Below are positions 56,183 through 57,898 of a stretch of DNA of 57,898 nt, piece by piece (positions within the stretch are counted from its first letter, which is position 1; each line of letters opens with the position of its first letter). The position numbers and the translations under genes are program-made. The notes under the pieces are model-generated. The model did no database searches, had not been told where the DNA came from, and was given only the letters and a program-made list of their open reading frames with translations. Source of the DNA: a virus (Duplodnaviria; Caudoviricetes); the IMG/VR virus record IMGVR_UViG_3300033273_000437, positions 1-57,898 of that record; one strand, given 5' to 3'.

Positions 56183-57898
56183 TGAAGATCACTCTGGAAG
56201 GCGTAGCTGGTAAGCGTTTTGGTCGTGAGCACAATCTTGCTGTGCGTAATCCTAATGAGGCTCTCCGTGCTCTATGTCAGCTGATTCCAGGGTTCCGTGA
56301 GTTTCTGACCTGTGCTCATGAATACGGTATTTTCTTTCAAGTAATCACTAACAACCAGGATAAAGTTGACTACGAAGGACTTGGCCTAAATTGTACCAGT
56401 TTTTCTCTTGTCCCCGTCATTACTGGTGCCCTTAACTTTAGTTTTAAAAACCTAGGCCTGATCCTCGTCGGGGTCTTATTGGTCGCCATTTCTATGGGTG
56501 CCTTTGGTATCACTTACGGCGCGGTTGGAACAATCTCCTATGGCCTGAAAATGGCTGCATTCAGTCTTGGTATGGGGCTGATATTTACAGGAATCGCAGG
56601 GATCTTCGCACCAGGCGTTCCACAGGATGGAAAACAGGAAGGCCGAGAAGCTGATGACGCTGTCTTTGCTGGTGGACAATCAACTTCTAGTCAGGGAACT
56701 CCTATCCCTCTCCTGTACGGAGAGTTCCTTGTCCAAAATATGCCAGTTGTCTCTTCGTATATTGATGAGGAGCAGGGACACTTGCTGCATATTATCTCTG
56801 AAGGGCAGATTGAAGGACTTGCCACTGGTAAGGCTGAGCGTGACATTTATTTCAATGGTCTGCAGTCAGGAGCCAGTTCTGTAGACCTTATCAAGATTAC
56901 AGACGGAACCCAAACCTCCAGGGTTATCAACGATATCGATTCGGCAGGTTTTCACCTTGCTGTTGGGGTAACGCTTCAGCAATCCCCGGAAAATGACCCA
57001 AACCCTCAAGTTATTCGATCCTTCAACCAGCCCGATGCGGACAAACTACAGATAAGAATCCTTAGAGGGCCTTGTTATCAAGTCAAACAAAGCAGTCCCA
57101 AGAATGGTGGATCAGCTAGTACTAGCTATAGAGATTATGACGAAAAGCCTCATGACGATGTAGACCTTCCTGAAGAAGCTGAACAATTTCTTCGTTGGAA
57201 TATCAGGGTTCAGGATGCCAATGGAAACATTCTCTTCAACGAAGAGGTCAAGGATAAGTATTTAAAAGCCAGAAAAATATGGAAGATCAATGACAAAATT
57301 CCGGAAGTAGATATTTCTGGTGCAGCCATGCCTGTATCGATTTCGTTGATCAGGCTTGATAAGGGGGATATCCCCGATCCAGAAAGTCATGAGGGCGGAG
57401 CAAACCAATACTCATTCTCCTGGGTCAAAGGTGATGTACAGCTCGTTTCAGCAGATGTCTTCTGGGAAGAGAAGCTCGTATATCCCAACAGTGCACTGCT
57501 TGGCCTTCGCTACGACGTTGCTGAGTACACTCAAATGCCTTCAGTCCAGGCAAAATTCAAGGGCATCAAGGTTCCTACCCTCAATTCCAATCTGGTAGTT
57601 AGCTACGCATGGAGTGATAATCCCGCCTATATTCTGCTGGACCTTTTGACCAATCCACGCTACGGCTGTGGTTTGCGGGAGTACACAACCAAGCTCAAGG
57701 GAGACAAGGTTGTTGAGCCAGGTATTGCCCTAAACGACATTGACCTAGGCTCTTTTCGTAAAGCGGCCAAATACTGCGAAGATAAAAAGATCAAGTTCAA
57801 CGCGTATATCAGTCGCAAAGCCGATGCTCTTGATTTAATCCGGTCTGTCGCCTCGACATTCCAGGGTAGTCTTATTTATGCAGGTGGCTACATCTCAG
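56179..57898 (+). CDS. Fused gpI-like / gpJ-like tail tip protein; 3' truncated
   Basis: Frame open to the window end: gpI-like (KRFGR..EALRAL..PGF, QGTPIPLLYGE) runs into gpJ-like (ISEGQIEG, WSDNPAYILLDLLTNPRYG). Confidence 0.85.
   Translation, partial: MMKITLEGVAGKRFGREHNLAVRNPNEALRALCQLIPGFREFLTCAHEYGIFFQVITNNQDKVDYEGLGLNCTSFSLVPVITGALNFSFKNLGLILVGVLLVAISMGAFGITYGAVGTISYGLKMAAFSLGMGLIFTGIAGIFAPGVPQDGKQEGREADDAVFAGGQSTSSQGTPIPLLYGEFLVQNMPVVSSYIDEEQGHLLHIISEGQIEGLATGKAERDIYFNGLQSGASSVDLIKITDGTQTSRVINDIDSAGFHLAVGVTLQQSPENDPNPQVIRSFNQPDADKLQIRILRGPCYQVKQSSPKNGGSASTSYRDYDEKPHDDVDLPEEAEQFLRWNIRVQDANGNILFNEEVKDKYLKARKIWKINDKIPEVDISGAAMPVSISLIRLDKGDIPDPESHEGGANQYSFSWVKGDVQLVSADVFWEEKLVYPNSALLGLRYDVAEYTQMPSVQAKFKGIKVPTLNSNLVVSYAWSDNPAYILLDLLTNPRYGCGLREYTTKLKGDKVVEPGIALNDIDLGSFRKAAKYCEDKKIKFNAYISRKADALDLIRSVASTFQGSLIYAGGYIS

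Overview
Most of the genome of a temperate, lambda-like siphovirus of marine picocyanobacteria (probably Synechococcus; inferred from gene content and the tRNA fragment). Order: tail-fibre end, an oppositely oriented fibre cassette, lysis genes, a DUF4278 peptide with a glutamine-II riboswitch and NtcA box, attP (3' half of tRNA-Ala GGC) and a tyrosine integrase. Then class II RNR, dcd, polA, a primase-helicase with internal iterons, a repressor, SSB, exonuclease, thyX, RusA and HNH/GIY-YIG nucleases. A structured non-coding block and small early genes follow, then terminase, portal, head, tail, tape measure and tail-tip genes. Main candidate system: four head-module ORFs built from seven copies of a CGxxxIP/SxxxxC module, mostly followed by Gly/Ala helices, often directly after RxD/KxD motifs, one ending in a protein kinase; I infer protease-processed, capsid-delivered effector polyproteins. 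Also notable: a -1 frameshift signal in a holin-like gene, a tRNA-like RNA and a ~210-nt multibranch RNA. All family assignments come from motif recognition by eye; no searches were run.
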